The notes: a model not told the origin generated them from the letters alone. DNA of 61,845 bases, filler included, from Globobulimina sp. (GCA_003354225.1; 16 parts of 16 records of this genome joined end to end with filler, not necessarily neighbours in it), one strand, 5' to 3'. Shown: positions 45,222 through 58,076, numbered from the whole stretch's first letter. Numbers and translations: made by a program.

Positions 45222-45301
45222 TTTGTTGAGTTTCAGTTAACTGACTAAAAAATTAAAAAATGATTTTAAAAAATTGTGATGTAATCGTGAAATCATTTGT
45301 A

Positions 45302-46260
45302 TTATTTGGTTGCCAAACTTTTCTGTAATTTTAATAACTGTGTCCTTAATCTTTGATTTTCCATTTCAGCAATTTCAACTTCTTCTTCCTTGACTTGATA
45401 CAACAACAATAAATTATCCTTTTCACTATTTGCAGCATTTAATTTTTTTTCTGATTTGGACGTTTTTTTATTCAATTTAATTATTTTCTGTCGTAACGAT
45501 TGTACCAAATTTAATTGTTTTTGATATTCTGATTCCAACGCTTCTTTATCTGAAAAGGTGCCATTTTCATTTTGTAATTCATTTAACACTTTTAATAAAT
45601 CAATACCATCAATTTCGTGCATTTCTTTCTTTATAACATTTTTTATCCATTTTGTACACATTTTATTATTCCATGATTCCATATTATTGACATTTAACTC
45701 AAATGATTGTTTATTATCTATTTCATTAAAATCCTCATCGCCATCATCATCATAATCATCATCATCGATTTGGCCATCCCCAATCAATTCAATTGCATCG
45801 TTTTTATCAACGATAGACACAGCAACTCGATATTGTATACTTTGGTCAATAACAATATCATTAAAAGCAACACCCAAATTTTTATTATCATTCATAAATG
45901 ATAATTTTTTCTTATTTAAATCCAAAATAATTGTAATAATTTGTCCTGTTTCAATTGGAATGCCATAATTATCATATTTGGTTTTATGTGAAATTTTTGA
46001 ACCATCCCAATTATATCCATAATTTGGATATGATTTCTGACGATGAAACTGTTTATTTATTGTTTCTGTGGATGCTGATATACCGACACATATTTTGGTA
46101 GTTTTTTTGATGATTTTTAATTTCCAAATATGTTTCCCATTATTTACTGCAACATTACCAAAGGCTGTGTTATATCCACTATGTTTAAGATGTTTTACTG
46201 TTAACGTTGTTTGTGACTGTTGATCCACGTTTAAATTATCTCCAATGTATTTCCAATAAT
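45302..46260 (-). CDS. SPRY/B30.2 domain + coiled-coil protein; 5' end unclear
   Basis: NTAFGN...GKHIWKLKI...ICVGI...YGYNWDG...GQIITIILDLNKKKLSF..N..NLGVAF. Confidence 0.8.
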
Positions 46261-46466
46261 ATATTTACAAAAGTTTTTTTGTTGTCATTTATTTGCTTGC
46301 TGCTGTCTTGCGGTGTGAATCTAACTCGGGACGACGTTGGTTTTGGGATTGTACCAGAAACATTTANNNNNNNNNNNNNNNNNNNNNNNNNNNNNNNNNN
46401 NNNNNNNNNNTTAATTAATTAANNNNNNNNNNNNNNNNNNNNNNNNNNNNNNNNNNNNNNNNNNNN

Positions 46467-47254
46467 TAGTGTATATTTCTTTCCTTTTTCCCACAGCTTG
46501 TCATGAGTTATTAGACGCAGTGCATTGCTTTGAATCGGTCGGCTCCAAAATTGGATATATTCGATCGCCGGATATGACGTTAAAGCAATATGCGGCGCAT
46601 TTACAGGGAAAGTTGCAGAATCAGACCCTACCATTAAATCGATTATATATTGATTCGCAGCATCAAAATAACATAACACACATAAATAACAACGTTAACA
46701 ACACACAAAACAACAACAACAACAATAATTTTGCGCCCATCACAATGCCCTCCACACCAACTCCTTCGTGTATGTCCATGTCGGTATCATCCAACAACAC
46801 TGTCAATACCGCACCGATACGGATAAATAACATAAATAATAACAATAATATCTCCCCATTCCTCTCTCATTTCGCACCTGTAAATAATAACAGTTCCCAC
46901 CAATTTAACTATAATACAAATTATAATAATAATCGGCGTAGAATGCAGATGCAGCAACAATTGAATATCAACACAACTACACGGCAAAGAATGCGTAGTT
47001 TGTCAGCGGCTGCGGCCGCCAATACCCACCAAATATTATTGACGCCAATCACGACCAATACCTATCCATTGCAAATGCACTCGCATCGTAATAATGGCAA
47101 TAATCATATCAATAATATAATATCTCCCGCCATTCCGGTGCCACTCAATGCAGCCACCTTGCAATCATTAGGTATTACCATCCCTACGATTTCCTCGATT
47201 ATGCCTGGCCAGAATCTACCGACTACCTTCAATATGGATCTGTTTTCTGTTTAA
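46467..47254 (+). CDS. Asn/Gln-rich low-complexity C-terminal fragment
   Basis: Open frame with poly-N tracts, followed by an AT-rich 3' region. Confidence 0.6.
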
Positions 47255-47975
47255 TTGTCAGATGTTTTGTTGGCTCTCGCCCCGTTTTTTGTTATCTGTA
47301 ACATATTTAAACTGTAAAAAGAGAATTTTGTCATTTCAAAACCCATAATTTTAAAACTCGATCATTCGATCATTCATTCACTCACTGTTTTTGTGTTTGT
47401 TATAATTATTTGTTTTTATTGTTTTGCATTATATACAGACACATTATCAGTGGATGAAACTAAATTTGGTTCTTATTTTGATTTTGGCGTTGACACTGAA
47501 TCCGAGTCTACCGACTCTCTGTTGCATCAATATAATGTAATTTAATTTAAATTATATGGACTTTTTATAATAATTTTTTTAATTTTAAATTAAATATAAA
47601 AAAGATAACATAAAATTATATATTTGTTTATGTAATTGTTGTGAATTTTATTTTGTAGTTTGTTTTAATTTCCTTGTTTTTATTTTTCAGTGTTTCCGTT
47701 TAATCATAATATATGTGACACGATTACTAATTAGTTGGTAGTTGTGTGTGAAGTTAAATTTACTTTTTTTCGATGACTATTTCGCAATATACGGTACTGT
47801 ACATTTCATTAATCTTGTTATACATGTTCCCGTTCCGTCGAATCCTGGCAATTCTCTATCATTCAAATGAATTTGTTTCGTTGTTTCCTTCGCAAACATT
47901 AAAAAACACTCTGAGTTTTTTTGCAAACCACACCTTCAAAATCAGAAACGTTTTTGCAATCCCAAACTAAACATC

Positions 47976-50042
47976 ATGCTGTTAATATTATTGTTTTGTG
48001 TGGTCCATAATATTGCTCTTTTGCGTTGTTTATGTTTAACAGAGTCGCAAGCAATTCGGCATGGAGCAACAGGCACTGATATTGAATGGACCACAATATC
48101 CGCAAACGTGTATGCCACCACATTTGTATTCGATGTGTCAACACAATCATGGCCAGAATCCAATATCAATGCGCAAATAACCACGCGTTTATTCAACGAT
48201 TCGTTCCCGTCACAAACTATGCGATTTGAACGGGGCAATCAGTATCAAGTGACTGTCATAAACAATTTAGGCCCTGAATCGCCGAACAATCCGACAACAA
48301 TGAATGTGTGGAAAGACCCAAACACCACAAACATCCACACCCACGGATGTCATATCAGCGGTACGAGCGCCGGCGATTCAGTCTTCGTGAAAATCGGTCC
48401 CGGCGAGCAACATACATTTATTTATAACGTTCCTTGTGACCATTCCGGAGGCACACATTGGTGGCACCCTCACCACCACGGATCCGCCCATTTGCAGGTC
48501 GCAGCGGGTGCCGCCGGCGCACTTATCATCGAAGACGACGCGGAAATGGAGGGATTACCTGCTTGGTACACCAATATGGAAGAGATAATATTCTTCATCA
48601 CACACATTCATTTCCTGAAATACGGGACGATGCTGAATCGGACTTGGGATTATGTGTGGGATTACACTCAACCCTCTGTTGGGCCTCCTGGCGACATCGA
48701 TACCTATTTCGTAAACGGGCAGTATCTGCCAAATGTATGTATGACAGCTGGGGTATGGTTGAAATTAAGGTTCGCTTTGATTGAAACCACTGAGTTGCCT
48801 CCCACTTATTACATTGCCGACGGTGAGTGTACCATATATTTATTAGCCAGAGATGGCGTGATAGTGCATGGCGAAAACGATGAGGATATGATAAGACTGG
48901 TTGGCAATGCTGTTTTTTTGCCGCAATCAGGTCGAGCTGACGTAGCGGTGTCTTGTCCTGGCGGCTCGTATGACTTTTGGACCTATGATGCAAATGGAGA
49001 CCGAAAAGTTATTGCCATACTTGACGTGGCTGGCAGTGCAACGGAGCCTCTTTCTGAGTTAACTCCATTTACTCCCATTCGGCCCACTTATTTACGCGAC
49101 AATTTGCTACATTATGATGGTGCTTTAGAGGATCAGTTATATGCCGACGAAACCGGCAGTAATCAAATTGCGTATTGGCCAAACTTATTGGTTACCGGAG
49201 CCACCATCGCTGGCAAAGCTATGCGGAATGAAACTGCCTATTTGCAGAGAATCGCATTGGACACAATCAATACATGGGAAGTGACCACCTCTTATGTGTC
49301 AGAGCAGCGGTTATTGCATCCCTTCCATGTCCATTTGCATCACTTTCAAATGCTTAATTCGACGCTGCCCAGCGATAATTCGCATGGATGGACCAATTAT
49401 GCCTATCCGGCGGAGGGCTATCAAGTTCGCGGAGATTGGTTGGATACCATATGGGGTCCCGGATGGATAAAGTTTAAACCCTCTCTCTTTGCCGGCACTG
49501 TCACTGTCCATTGCCATATATTGATGCACGAAGATCAGGGCGCAATGGGGACGGTGGAGGTGATCAATGGCTGCGATGCATTGTATGAGGATTATGCGGG
49601 CGATGGAGCGTGTCAAGTCTATCAATGTGAAGATCCCACAGAAGATCCCACACCAAAAAAGCGGAGAAACAAGCGGAGAAGTTCTGAAACCTTCAGTTCT
49701 GATGGTGGCTCTGATGCATATGATAGTTCTGATGGTGGTTCTGATGCATATGATAGTTCTGATGGTGGTTCTGATGCATATGATAGTTCTGTTGATAGTT
49801 CTGATGAGTTAGGTATTGCCGCAGCAGAGGCACTATCAATTCCAGATAATAATGCATTGCCAGACGTAAAATTGACGAAGTACTATAGTTTAACAGTTCA
49901 ATTGGGCAATGATGCAGATGCCTGGATTTATGTATGCTTCATTGTAGGCGTATTTTTGTTATGTAATGGAATGTTGGTATTTTATTGGTGGAATTCTAAA
50001 AGTAATGCAAAAAAAACTCAAACATCAAAAATGTCGTATTAA
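47976..50042 (+). CDS. Membrane-anchored three-domain multicopper oxidase
   Basis: All four copper motifs are present: NIHTHG, WWHPHHHG, HPFHVHLHHF and HCHILMHEDQGAM. Signal peptide and C-terminal TM helix. Confidence 0.95.
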   Translation: MLLILLFCVVHNIALLRCLCLTESQAIRHGATGTDIEWTTISANVYATTFVFDVSTQSWPESNINAQITTRLFNDSFPSQTMRFERGNQYQVTVINNLGPESPNNPTTMNVWKDPNTTNIHTHGCHISGTSAGDSVFVKIGPGEQHTFIYNVPCDHSGGTHWWHPHHHGSAHLQVAAGAAGALIIEDDAEMEGLPAWYTNMEEIIFFITHIHFLKYGTMLNRTWDYVWDYTQPSVGPPGDIDTYFVNGQYLPNVCMTAGVWLKLRFALIETTELPPTYYIADGECTIYLLARDGVIVHGENDEDMIRLVGNAVFLPQSGRADVAVSCPGGSYDFWTYDANGDRKVIAILDVAGSATEPLSELTPFTPIRPTYLRDNLLHYDGALEDQLYADETGSNQIAYWPNLLVTGATIAGKAMRNETAYLQRIALDTINTWEVTTSYVSEQRLLHPFHVHLHHFQMLNSTLPSDNSHGWTNYAYPAEGYQVRGDWLDTIWGPGWIKFKPSLFAGTVTVHCHILMHEDQGAMGTVEVINGCDALYEDYAGDGACQVYQCEDPTEDPTPKKRRNKRRSSETFSSDGGSDAYDSSDGGSDAYDSSDGGSDAYDSSVDSSDELGIAAAEALSIPDNNALPDVKLTKYYSLTVQLGNDADAWIYVCFIVGVFLLCNGMLVFYWWNSKSNAKKTQTSKMSY
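49695..49805 (+). repeat. 30-bp coding tandem repeat (SSDGGSDAYD) x3 plus a partial unit
   Basis: AGTTCTGATGGTGGyTCTGATGCATATGAT. Confidence 0.95.
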
Positions 50043-50682
50043 GAATGAATAGGACTCATTTTTTTTTTTTTAGTCTAAGAGTACGCACTTTTTTCATTTT
50101 TCTGTTTTTCATCTTATTAGTCTGTTTTTCTGTTTTTCATCTTTAGCAATTAGCAATCTATTATATTTTATTTAGCTCTTAGTTTCTTATCTTTTATTCT
50201 CGATTTATTGTGCAAGGAGAACAGAACAGAACACTANNNNNNNNNNNNNNNNNNNNNNNNNNNNNNNNNNNNNNNNNNNNTTAATTAATTAANNNNNNNN
50301 NNNNNNNNNNNNNNNNNNNNNNNNNNNNNNNNNNNNATGCTGTTGCCATTGAAATGATGCAAAAATTACATGAACCAGTACCGAAAGTAAGAAAAAGCAG
50401 AAACAGACGTATTTCTAGATCTACATCTTCATCACCTGCTGTTACATTAGAAAGTATCAATGAGGATTCTGAAGTTATTACATTATAAAAACGTTTGAAT
50501 GTGATTGCATTTTGCATGTATCTTTCTTAAAATGCATATTATTCAGAATATTTCTTTCGTTTTTTTTTTGAAAAACTATAACTGAAAATCTTGTGCCTTG
50601 CGCAATTGACGGTGTGCATGCGCAACTACTTAGTAGTTCTTTCCTCTACAAGTTGGGACAACGCCTTTATGACACAATATAT

Positions 50683-51795
50683 TCACGATTGAGTTTCATA
50701 TATGTATATGTGTCTTGTTTGACTTTCGTAGCGAGTGATGTATATATGTCTTGTTTGACCACTGTTATCCTTCGTATCTTTTTTATTGTTTTCATCGGTT
50801 TCAAAAGTTTCAAAAGTTTCAATTGTTTGGCTGTTTTTACCATTATAGCTATTTTTTAGACGACAATCATATGTATCATTTTCACTGCTTATATTGCGTA
50901 TGAATTTATCTTTACATTTCTTATGCAGACATAAACATAATTTTGTATGACTAATTGTTGTTTGTTCTGTAAATATTGTATACAAACAAAACATAATAAA
51001 TGTTGAATCCGAACAAGATATGGTTCCATTCAAATGATATAACCATTTCTGTGCATCATTTCTGTTTAAATGAATTTCCAACAAAATCAATAAAAATGTG
51101 GAGATAAAATTTATAATAGTTATAATTATACCGATCAATATTATTGATATCACTTTATCAATTTCATGCTTTTTGCTTATTGTATTTAATTGAAGTCTAT
51201 CTTGAGTTATTTGCTTTTCTTCTTCTTCATATCCAATGTCATCGGCATCACTGTCTGAGCTGTTGCTATTATTATAATCAATATAATAAAATAAATAATT
51301 CACATTTCTAATATACATTGACAACATAATAACCATTGAAACATGAAACAATAAAACTAATATAATTGCAATCAAATACCAATTTGTAGCAATATACAAT
51401 GCTTGCGATCCAAATAAAAACAACAAGAAGCAACTTAATACAATTAATGAGCGTGAACATTTTTGATTGAATAATACACAAAAACGTACAAAATAAATCA
51501 AATAAACTCCGATAACCAAAAAATTATAAATATTTCTTCGTAATGAAGATGTTGATTCAAATAATGATAAGTCATTTTTTATCAATATAAACATTGAGAC
51601 AATCAATACAAATGATGAATAAGTTGAGGATGACACAGCAACCCAAATTAACAATACTTTTATTATAAATGATAGTGGATTACAAACAACTTTATGTATG
51701 GTTAGAAATAATAAAACGACGGAAAATAGTGATACAATACATTGGATTATCAACAAAACACCATCAAGAGCACTAGAGACAGTTTCGACAGCCAT
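50683..51795 (-). CDS. Seven-TM GPCR-like membrane protein
   Basis: Five hydrophobic helices, a long acidic loop, two more helices and a Cys-containing tail. Confidence 0.65.
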   Translation of the reverse strand: MAVETVSSALDGVLLIIQCIVSLFSVVLLFLTIHKVVCNPLSFIIKVLLIWVAVSSSTYSSFVLIVSMFILIKNDLSLFESTSSLRRNIYNFLVIGVYLIYFVRFCVLFNQKCSRSLIVLSCFLLFLFGSQALYIATNWYLIAIILVLLFHVSMVIMLSMYIRNVNYLFYYIDYNNSNSSDSDADDIGYEEEEKQITQDRLQLNTISKKHEIDKVISIILIGIIITIINFISTFLLILLEIHLNRNDAQKWLYHLNGTISCSDSTFIMFCLYTIFTEQTTISHTKLCLCLHKKCKDKFIRNISSENDTYDCRLKNSYNGKNSQTIETFETFETDENNKKDTKDNSGQTRHIYITRYESQTRHIYIYETQS

Positions 51796-51829
51796 GCTTA
51801 TGGAAGTCCGGAGTTTTTTTATGTTACAT

Positions 51830-52720
51830 TTAAGTATTTATCTCACAATCTATTTTCACATCCAATTTACCAACAATACCAACATCACCTAACAAAATAC
51901 TCTCTTCTTCATCGCATGGAATACTGACCAAACGATCATATTCATACATTTCCATTAAACTTGTTAATGAATCCGGATATAAACGTTTTACATCTCCAAA
52001 TTTAAACCATAAATGTATACGATCCAACCGTATATTGCGTTTCTTAATTATATTTGTCATTTTTTGTTTCAACATTTTTACTGAATCATAAACAGAAACT
52101 TGCGATTGCAAATCCACCATAAAATTGACGTGAACTTTATCAACAGTTTCCATTGGAATGATGATTGGAGGCAATGCTGTATACTGCGATATCAATTTTG
52201 TAACTTCATGATCAGGTGACGTACTTTTATGAATGAAGCCAAATATTAGCAAAGAATGTTTTTCTTGTATCGATAGTTTGCTATTCAACAATTTCTTTTT
52301 TTTTAATGTGATTGGAGATAAATTCATGGTAAGCACCAAGAAATATGTAGTGTGCTTTGGAAGTAGTCGTACCTTCCATCTTTGTGTATTTTCGAAATAT
52401 TCCAAAATCTTTACAACTTTCCCGTTGTACATTGAATGATGTGTCAAGTCTTTCAAAAATGCATAGGAACCAATAACTGCATCCCCTGGATCTGATTCAT
52501 ATTTTGTGCACGTTTGCTGTTGCTGTGTGTCAGATGGCTTAATATACATTTGATTTAATTGGTGTCTATAAAGTTTCTCTTTGTTAATTTTGTCCAATTG
52601 TAGTTTATCTGTTAATTTCTTTTCACTTTGTATTTGTACCAATTTTAAACCTGCAATGGCTTTCAGCTTTTTCTTGAGCTGCTTATATCTACGCCTCCGG
52701 ATTGATGCATACGAATTCAT
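51830..52720 (-). CDS. Hypothetical multi-module protein
   Basis: Basic coiled coil KKKLKAIAGLK, SH3-fold-like DLTHHSMYNGKVVKI...RWKV, and LLIFGFIH motif. Confidence 0.6.
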   Translation of the reverse strand: MNSYASIRRRRYKQLKKKLKAIAGLKLVQIQSEKKLTDKLQLDKINKEKLYRHQLNQMYIKPSDTQQQQTCTKYESDPGDAVIGSYAFLKDLTHHSMYNGKVVKILEYFENTQRWKVRLLPKHTTYFLVLTMNLSPITLKKKKLLNSKLSIQEKHSLLIFGFIHKSTSPDHEVTKLISQYTALPPIIIPMETVDKVHVNFMVDLQSQVSVYDSVKMLKQKMTNIIKKRNIRLDRIHLWFKFGDVKRLYPDSLTSLMEMYEYDRLVSIPCDEEESILLGDVGIVGKLDVKIDCEINT

Positions 52721-52815
52721 AATAGGCTGAGGCCAAAAAAATGTTTTCTTGTGGTCGTTTGAACTCAGTTTTTAACATTTTTAAGCATTCTTACTGTGTT
52801 ACACACATTTCTGTC

Positions 52816-54106
52816 ATGTCCCAAAAAAAAAGAAGAGGCGGTTCCCACACATCAGCACAACTGTCTCGTGTTGTATTTCTTGGCACATCATCTGCTCAAC
52901 CAATCCCATTAAAACGCAATGTCTCATGTTTGGTGATTCAGGTATCGATCAAAAACAAAAACACAAAATCAACTTTTACTGATAAATTAATACAAATTAT
53001 ACAATAAACAGACCTCAAAAGGAAATTTATCCATTGTTGATTGTGGAGAAGGCACTCAACATCAATTTAAATTATCAACATTGAAAATTGGCAAATTACG
53101 GAATATTTTCATAACGCATTTGCACGGTGATCATTGTTACGGATTATTTGGTTTATTACATTCCATAAGACACGAAAATAGAGACTTTACTTTACACATT
53201 TATGGGCCAAAAGGAATTAAAGAAATGATCAATACAACATTAGCATTATCCGGCGGTTTATATCATTATTTATTAAAAATCCATGAAATCTCACTACCGA
53301 ACAACCGTAACAAAAACACTAAAAACACTCAGAACGATAATGATAATGATAATATTTGCAATATGGATGTAAGTTGCAATGAAGCTGAAACAGACGAGGA
53401 TTTATCAATGATTTCGAACAAACCTAACGAGAATGTATGGGAAAATAAAGCAGCGTTATTTGATACAAATGATATCATAGATTTGGGAGAAATTGAACCA
53501 GGAATTAAATGCTTTGCATGTGCATTGACGCATGGAATTGAAACATTTGGATATGTATTTATTGAGGACAATCAATTGGGGAAATTAGACGCAGCCACGG
53601 CTATGGCAATGGGTGCGAAAGGGAGACAGTTGGGATTGTTAAAAAGTGGAATTGATGTTACATTGGATAATGGAGTCACGATTTATAGCAAAGATGTGGT
53701 TGGAAAGCAAATAATTGGCAATAAAATTGCAGTGATGCAAGATTGTTCTGATTGTCGTAGTTGCTTTCGAATTGCACAAAATTGCGATTTATTTATCCAC
53801 GAATGTACTTATGATGAAGAATACAAATTGTATGCAATTCCGAGAGGACATTCAACGGCGAAAATGGCTGCGTTGAATGCATGCAAAGTGAATGCCAAAA
53901 TGTTGATGTTGACACATTTCTCATCAAGGTTTGTGGAGGGGGCTCCGGTCAGCGCAGAGACAAAGAACGATGATGATGACGATGAAGATGATGATGATTT
54001 AATGAATGTGCAGCGATTGCAAATAGAAGCAGAGGAGGAAATTGATCATAACGCATCAAAATGTATTGTTCGATGTGCTGCAGATTTTATGAGTATAAGA
54101 TTTGGT
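52816..54106 (+). CDS. ELAC1: Ribonuclease Z, short form (ELAC1-like), 2 exons; last codons truncated
   Basis: FLGTSSAQP..KRNVS, intron 52942-53011, DCGEGTQ, THLHGDH, exosite arm, HECTY, GHSTA and LTHFSSRF. Confidence 0.93.
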
Positions 54107-54284
54107 NNNNNNNNNNNNNNNNNNNNNNNNNNNNNNNNNNNNNNNNNNNNTTAATTAATTAANNNNNNNNNNNNNNNNNNNNNNNNNNNNNNNNNNNNNN
54201 NNNNNNTTGTAATATAACAAAATATCATCATATAAATACTAAAGAAATTGAAAACGAATATAAAATTTGTACAGTGACAGTGAA

Positions 54285-57200
54285 TTAAAAATAATTCTGT
54301 TTTGGTAGAGATTGAAACTTCGTAAATATATATTTAAATTCCGGCACTCTTTGTATCCACATTTTCAATCTATCCCTTTGATAGTTATTCGGATTTGCAT
54401 TTTGATACAAATCGCAATTATTTGTCCGGATTAAGCGTACATGCGTAATGGGGTTATTTTTATATGTAATCACAATGTCTGGCTTCGGCGCCGTAAATCT
54501 CACAATAAACGTACCAAATGGTCTCGTCGCGCCTTGCAACTCTCTCTCCGCATTCTCGCGTGTAATAAATCCGTGATTTCTCGCAATTTTATTATTCCAA
54601 AACGTACGCGTTTCATTCACAATATCACATAGACAATCAAACCATTTCCACACTTTAGCAAATATTCCCGCCGTAATCTCCAACCTATCCCTGCCATGGC
54701 CATGGCCGTCATCGTCAGACACAAACTTCCGAAACAAGGGCCCAATGGATTGCTTATCAAATATTAAATACTTATTCCTCGTTTTATCCGTCCAATAATT
54801 ATACAAATCCGCCATCAAATCCCCTTCCAACAAGCACACCGTGCCCAGTACGCCATTGCCTCCATTTTCGTTCCAGATCTGCCGCGCATACTCATTGTCG
54901 ATGATATAGTTCGAACTCACTGTCCTTCCATTCAAGTCACACTCAAATGTATTGATTCTCGCAGTCGCATCATACGATTGCGATACGTTTTGATTTGCGA
55001 ATGGCGGCTCATGGTTGATAGTCAGTATGCTATTCCGCGGAGAGGACACATTGATTTCCAATTTGGCCGCATTCACATTAATATCGCCCAACGTCTGTCG
55101 GTGCGCATCCATATTGGCAAAGCGTCGCTGATTATGCTTCTTGGAATTATTCAAATTGATATGTTCCTGTATCATTCGCTCATCCTCCAAGTTTCTGAAG
55201 CCTTCCACAATGGCATCCAAATCGGGCCAGGCTGCTTTTATTTTGTCGCCGAGATCTTCATTACAATCCGCCTCATACACCTCAGCACTCGCTTGTGCAT
55301 TATGAGGCTGGTTAGTCTGTGTATGGTTGATCGGTATGGATTCGTTGGTAAATCGCAACTTAGGCCGCGACAATTTCGTCGACAATGTCTGCAAATGCTG
55401 CGTCGATTTGTTGTTCGAGATTTTAAACTCATCCATACCGACTCCGGACGCTATCTCCTGCAAAGGAGCCACATCCGGCAATGAGTACGGCGCGAACTCA
55501 AAAGACTTATGCAAACGCTGTATTTTCTGCCGAATGAATGTTTTTTTGTAATCTAAGGAAGTTATCGCCATATCCACGCAGAAATTGCGTGAGGATAAGT
55601 TGCTGTTTGCATTGGCCGTTAAGAGGATGCTACAGTCACCGGAGGGCACGATGGTGGATCCCAACAATATGCGCTTGCTTTGTTTGTATGCGTCTGCGGG
55701 TAACACCTTATACGATTTCGCGTTGGTTTCCCGCAATGAATGCTTGCGCGTGGAATAATCGATGGAGTCATTGAATGGAAATGAGCCTCGCGATAAATTA
55801 TACGATGTGGTGGAGGTATTGGACAACCGCGCTTTGACCGATTTGAACGATTCATACGATTTGATTTTCCGGATAGACTTTCCTTGCAACTGCAGTATAC
55901 TCAACTTATTCTCGTCGATTTTCGGCGCGTAATCGCTAAATTGATCCATATCGATATCGATATCTAACTCCAGTTTGCTTGTATTCATATCGATATCATT
56001 GGCATCCTTTGTATGCTGTGCTTCATCCTCAGACTCTGAATGTGAGTCGGATTCATCTTCGAATTCGTAGATTAAGCCGTATTCCGCGTCGCCAGTCTCT
56101 TCGTATTGGAACTGTTGACGGGAGAGGTTATCGTCGAAAGTCTGCAGTACATATTCGGCGACTTGCTTCACTTTAAATGGTTTGTAGTCAAATAAAGTCA
56201 GCAACGCTTTGTGTTTGATAATATTATTGAACTTGTAGATGGTTTCAGTGCTCGCGATGTTGATCATTTGCAAGAATAAATGCACCAAATCGTCGTTGGT
56301 CAAGGGTTTGATCACTTGATGGCCGCGCTTGTACTGCATGGGCAGTTTGCTGTACTTACTGTAACTATGAAGAGGCGCTGGCTCCGACCCGCCGCGTACC
56401 CGGCCATTGCTGTGGGTATTGCCGTTATGGAAATAGTTCGTGATGTATTTGGCTGGCAGTTTTTCAGTGGGCATGGACTTATAAATGCGGTCCATATAAT
56501 ATTGTATCTGCGACACGAATTTAGTCACACACGTAATGACAATACGCGTGCCAATGTCGGGCGGGTTCTCCATCTCATCGTCAAACCGCTCGATCAAGGC
56601 ACAGATGAACGAGAACTTGTCCACTGCATCGAATTCAATCTCGTCAAAGTCTGAAAATAATAAACAAATCGGCCGCTTGGCCTCATCCATACAAACGTAT
56701 TTGTACAGCAATTCAACCGCTAATAGGTGCGACTTGTTCACATACAGCGGATTCCCCCGTATTTGGTCATAAAATTGCGCGATTTCGTGGAAATTATGCA
56801 CCTCCGCCACGTCTAACGTATCCAGCACCAATTCGGCTAAGTTTCGGATGCGTTTGGTGTCAAAATTATTCTTTATATGAAACACACCGCCTTTAAACTT
56901 GCGCCGCTTCCATAAATACCTTGTCACACAAAAAAAAAACTGAGCAAACGCACACAAAAAACACATACAACAACCTGGCCGCCATGGTGATAATAGCCGT
57001 CCTGCCGCACCCCGGCTGGTCCGAGCATATAATGGACAGCTTCTTATCGCGTATCATATTCATCACTTTATACACATCGTTCCAGCGCCCTATAAACGGG
57101 CGGATCGCATGCAAGTTATTATGCGGCGACAGCGTCCGCGTATAATCGCGCGGTTTGCCGTGGTCAAACAAGCCGTCGCGGAACAATATCAACTCATGAT

Positions 57201-57976
57201 CCACGTTCTCGGGCAGCAACTTGAAATCGTCGTAAATCGTGTCACGGTACTTCTGGTGCATATAATTGCTGTCATCGAACAGCTTAAACGCCGTCCGGAA
57301 CGCCCTCGCGATCGTAGTGTTGGACTCTATCAATGCAAAGTAAAATTGCGTGATGAAATCGGTAATGTGGTGCGCAAAATTATCGTCCACCTGTCGTATG
57401 GCCACCACATGCTTCACCTTCAACTGCGTCAAGAAGATGTTGGCCACTTCCAAGTGCGTCGGCGATTGGACTACGACGCACTGCGTCATGCGGTCAATGA
57501 TGTTCTTGTTACAGGGCTCGAACAGCTGTCCTAAGCCCACATCGTCGTCACTTTCCAGCAACAATTTGCCGTCGAAGGCATAGCCGATATAATGTAATAA
57601 CTTGCAGCCATTCAGCTGGCTCAAGGCGTTGCTCACTGTGCCTCCCAAGGTGAGGAAGCGCGCAGTTTGGTGGATACTGCATAATATGCCGTCGTATAGC
57701 AACGTTTGCAAGCCTTTGATGTCGAAGTGTTGCAGCATTGCGATATCGTTTTCGTGGCTATGTTGCAAGATATATGGCTGTGGGAGCCCGTGGCCGTGGC
57801 TTTGTGGCTCTGTTGGTTGGAAGTCTACAGATTTATTTTTCTGCATTTTCGGGTGTGATTTGTTTTGAATATAATTGTGTTTATATAGTAATAAGCTATC
57901 CGAGGCAGCGATGCTTTTACTGTCTCTATTCTGAAGAGTGTTTTTCTTCTTTTTGGAGGACTTTTTCTTGCGTTTC
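54285..57976 (-). CDS. Degenerate CHAT-like domain + STAND-like P-loop NTPase + disordered linker + SH2 domain; 5' truncated, 2 visible exons
   Basis: The frame is open from the contig edge, with intron 56974-56920. CHAT-like LLHYIGYA...LLLES...CVVVQSP...VKHVVAI...FITQFYFALI. NTPase FIGRWND...QPGCGRT...LLFSDFDE...IVIT. SH2 HGFITRENAERELQG...GTFIVRF. Confidence 0.75.
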
Positions 57977-58076
57977 NNNNNNNNNNNNNNNNNNNNNNNN
58001 NNNNNNNNNNNNNNNNNNNNTTAATTAATTAANNNNNNNNNNNNNNNNNNNNNNNNNNNNNNNNNNNNNNNNNNNN

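Noticed and set aside
24980-50042. Ferric reductase + multicopper oxidase + transporters as an iron-uptake cluster
   Set aside because: The genes lie on different, unlinked contigs, so their co-occurrence is accidental.
47976-50042. Copper nitrite reductase (NirK) of denitrifying foraminifera
   Set aside because: It has the four-motif, three-domain laccase-type ligand set ending in HCHxxxHxxxxM, not the two-domain NirK pattern.
3778-58076. Regularly spaced TTAATTAATTAA palindromes about every 3.87 kb, and ORFs ending in X...LIN
   Set aside because: These are artificial concatenation linkers. The periodicity reflects length-sorted contigs, not biology.
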